NCBI GenBank assembly: GCA_038867615.1
Contig: JAWBYA010000003.1
Location: 64,001-128,000 of the forward strand
Reading direction: 5' to 3'
DNA length: 64,000 nt
Source: Sulfolobales archaeon
GTDB lineage: Archaea; Thermoproteota; Thermoprotei_A; Sulfolobales; AG1
The notes beneath the pieces are model-generated. The model did not search any database, was not told where the DNA came from, and saw nothing but the letters and a program-made list of their open reading frames with translations. How positions within the stretch are numbered: the stretch's first letter is position 1; each line of letters begins with the position of its first letter. A program made the translations under genes and the position numbers. This document shows, in pieces, positions 62,028-64,000 of this stretch.

Positions 62028-63106
62028 GAAGATCTACCTCTATATCTTTTCCCCAACAGAAAGCCAAAAGTAACACCTAGAATGAGACCTAAAACAGCGG
62101 AGCCTGCCAGCAATAGATAAGCCTGTTGATTCCCAGCGGCAGTGCTAGCTGTAGATGTGCTTGTACTAGTGATAGATATGGTAATTTTTGCACACTCTAT
62201 AAGCTTGCCTGATATAGATAGTGGAAAGATCGGTAGATCCAGCGGATCTAGAGGTAAGGCCTCAACGGATATAACATTGATTCCAAAGGGGCTCAGGGAT
62301 TCGCTCAGCTTATTAATATCCGCGTGCTCGAGATCACTAGCGACTAGAAGGCATCTGGGAGCCTGAGCCCTGAGTGCTTGTAGCGATGGTGGGGAAGGAT
62401 CTATTTCAGGATCTGGAGTGAGGATTATAGAGACATTGATGCTGAGAGATCTCATGAGATAGTAAAGCACAGGGCTGTAGAGCGCTACGCTATCAATCCC
62501 AAGGCTTTTTATAATCCCCTGAGCCTCGGTGAAGGATCTGAGTATCGCTTTTTTCACATCCTCGCTCTTCGCAGAGAGGTATTCAGCTATTTTGAGACCC
62601 TTATTATTAGCTGCTCTGATTAGAAGGTTGCTCATGATATCTATAGTCATTATAAGGGCTTCTTTATCAAAGATAACCTCATGAAGATTTTCTACATCTG
62701 TTCCAGGGATCTTTTCAGGTTTCCATCCGGCTTTTAGCAGTTCATCTATAAGAACAACTGATTTCTCTCTATATAACTCATAGATCCTGTCTGAAATAGG
62801 TAGGTGGTGTAGTGCATCGATAATTATAATATCAGAGGAGCCGATCTTCTTGATAACATCCGTGGGCGGCTCATATTCATGCGGATCTATACCGGGTGGG
62901 ATTGCGTTTATTACATCAACATAAACATCTCCAATAAGCTTTACTAAGGATGTTAGGAATGGATGGGTTGTTGTCACTATAATCTTTTCACCCTGACTAC
63001 TCTGGGCATGGGTGTTATATACAATATGTCCTGGGGTTAATAATGCAAAAAGAATCAACAGCAAACCGATGAGAGATATACTCCTTATCCAGGCATTTTT
63101 CTCCAC
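62024..63106 (-). CDS. Zn/Mn ABC transporter substrate-binding protein (cluster A-I) with C-terminal TM anchor
   Basis: Signal peptide, IIVTT, PPGIDPHEYEP, NLH; Ser/Thr linker followed by a C-terminal TM. Confidence 0.88.
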   Translation of the reverse strand: MEKNAWIRSISLIGLLLILFALLTPGHIVYNTHAQSSQGEKIIVTTTHPFLTSLVKLIGDVYVDVINAIPPGIDPHEYEPPTDVIKKIGSSDIIIIDALHHLPISDRIYELYREKSVVLIDELLKAGWKPEKIPGTDVENLHEVIFDKEALIMTIDIMSNLLIRAANNKGLKIAEYLSAKSEDVKKAILRSFTEAQGIIKSLGIDSVALYSPVLYYLMRSLSINVSIILTPDPEIDPSPPSLQALRAQAPRCLLVASDLEHADINKLSESLSPFGINVISVEALPLDPLDLPIFPLSISGKLIECAKITISITSTSTSTASTAAGNQQAYLLLAGSAVLGLILGVTFGFLLGKRYRGRSS

Positions 63107-63122
63107 CTACTATCACCAGTAA

Positions 63123-63165
63123 TTTTAGGCTAAACCTAAATTTAAGTTTTAGGCTTAGCCTAAAA
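63123..63165. promoter_or_regulatory. Tandem DtxR-type palindromic operators in a divergent promoter
   Basis: TTTTAGGCTAAACCTAAAT (63123-63141) and the perfect 9-1-9 palindrome TTTTAGGCT-T-AGCCTAAAA (63147-63165) lie between divergent metal ABC genes, with the DtxR gene in the operon. Confidence 0.82.
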
Positions 63166-63207
63166 TTGCTTATAAACCCCCTGTCAATATATGGATGGTG
63201 TATCCAT

Positions 63208-64000
63208 ATGGTGAATTCCATCAAGATCTTAGGGATCGGTGTAGTGGCAGCTATAGCATTATCGATAGTATCTATGGTATACGTGATCTGGGCGATAAAC
63301 GAGATCAGAGGAGATATAGGTAGAGTGAATACCAATATAAATAGCAACATAAATAGCCTATCTGAAAGGGTCTCACAACTCTCAAGGGTTGTTGAGGGGT
63401 CTGCAACCTCTATAGGGATCCTTAATAGGACAATAGGATCTATAGAGGAGAAGGTAGCAGGGATCAATAGCTCTGTAGCTTCTTTAAGCGAGTTTCTAAG
63501 GATCTCGACAGAGCCTAAGATCACTGTTAAGTATGCGAAACTATTCCAAGTAACATACGATGGTCCTGTAAAAGTGGTGAGGGATGCAGAGGGGCAGGTG
63601 ATGCTTCTTATACCAAGATCTCTCTCGCCCCAGAGGAATCTTATTGAATATTATACAAACAAATACTCACCCCAGCTAGTCATATACACACCAGTCGAGA
63701 GGGTAGTGTTAATGTCAGCAACACAGGTTGCAATGCTTCTCAGACTTGAGCAGGAGTGCAGGGTTAGTATAATAAACACCTCTCTCCTAGGCATCATGTG
63801 GGGTAAACAGTATCCATGGTATGTTCCAAGGATTGCTGATATGCTTGAGAAAGGAGTTCTAAAGGACTTCGGAGGCGCTGATAACCCCAATATAGAGGCT
63901 ATAGTTGCTTCGAAACCAGATCTTGTGGTTATATATACATACGCAGGCTCACCAGTATTTAGATCTTTAAAGAGCGCTGGATTACCCGTTGTTGTCGATA
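63208..64000 (+). CDS. 3'-truncated Fe-siderophore/cobalamin-type ABC substrate-binding protein (not in the ORF track)
   Basis: ATG 63208; N-terminal TM, coiled-coil-like stalk, then PVERVVLMSATQ and NPNIEAIVASKPDLVV; open to the window end. Confidence 0.85.
   Translation, partial: MVNSIKILGIGVVAAIALSIVSMVYVIWAINEIRGDIGRVNTNINSNINSLSERVSQLSRVVEGSATSIGILNRTIGSIEEKVAGINSSVASLSEFLRISTEPKITVKYAKLFQVTYDGPVKVVRDAEGQVMLLIPRSLSPQRNLIEYYTNKYSPQLVIYTPVERVVLMSATQVAMLLRLEQECRVSIINTSLLGIMWGKQYPWYVPRIADMLEKGVLKDFGGADNPNIEAIVASKPDLVVIYTYAGSPVFRSLKSAGLPVVVD

Overview
This is a gene-dense chromosomal window from a thermophilic crenarchaeon (Thermoproteota, Desulfurococcales/Sulfolobales-like). The assignment rests on Cren7, a single-OB SSB, a short XPF, the thermosome and archaeal ribosomal proteins. 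Most of the window is housekeeping: rpl3-4-23-2, SRP RNA, three tRNAs (two with 37/38 introns), argS/serS/gltX, thermosome-rps17e-Urm1-Cgi121-Sec61beta, dnaG, gapN, tldD/pmbA and a DtxR-regulated metal ABC locus. The best candidate for an undescribed system is a six-gene operon at about 14.96-22.5 kb. It joins a type IV pilus core (class III pilin, assembly ATPase, TadC-like platform) to a large beta-rich protein and an apparently split VirB4/HerA-type ATPase, with a UV-box-like ATTTTC element in the promoter, and may be a DNA-damage-inducible pilus plus DNA-translocation module. The ORF track misses several other features: a CTG-initiated Urm1 whose GG is masked and lies one base out of frame with Cgi121; repeated apparent non-AUG starts, including two ATAG stop/start junctions; a 1.47-kb cassette bounded by perfect 27-bp inverted repeats; two homologous hairpin elements resembling IS200/IS605 ends; a C/D box sRNA; tandem DtxR-type operators; and apparent strong GATC enrichment. 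All calls come from reading motifs by eye; no database searches were run.
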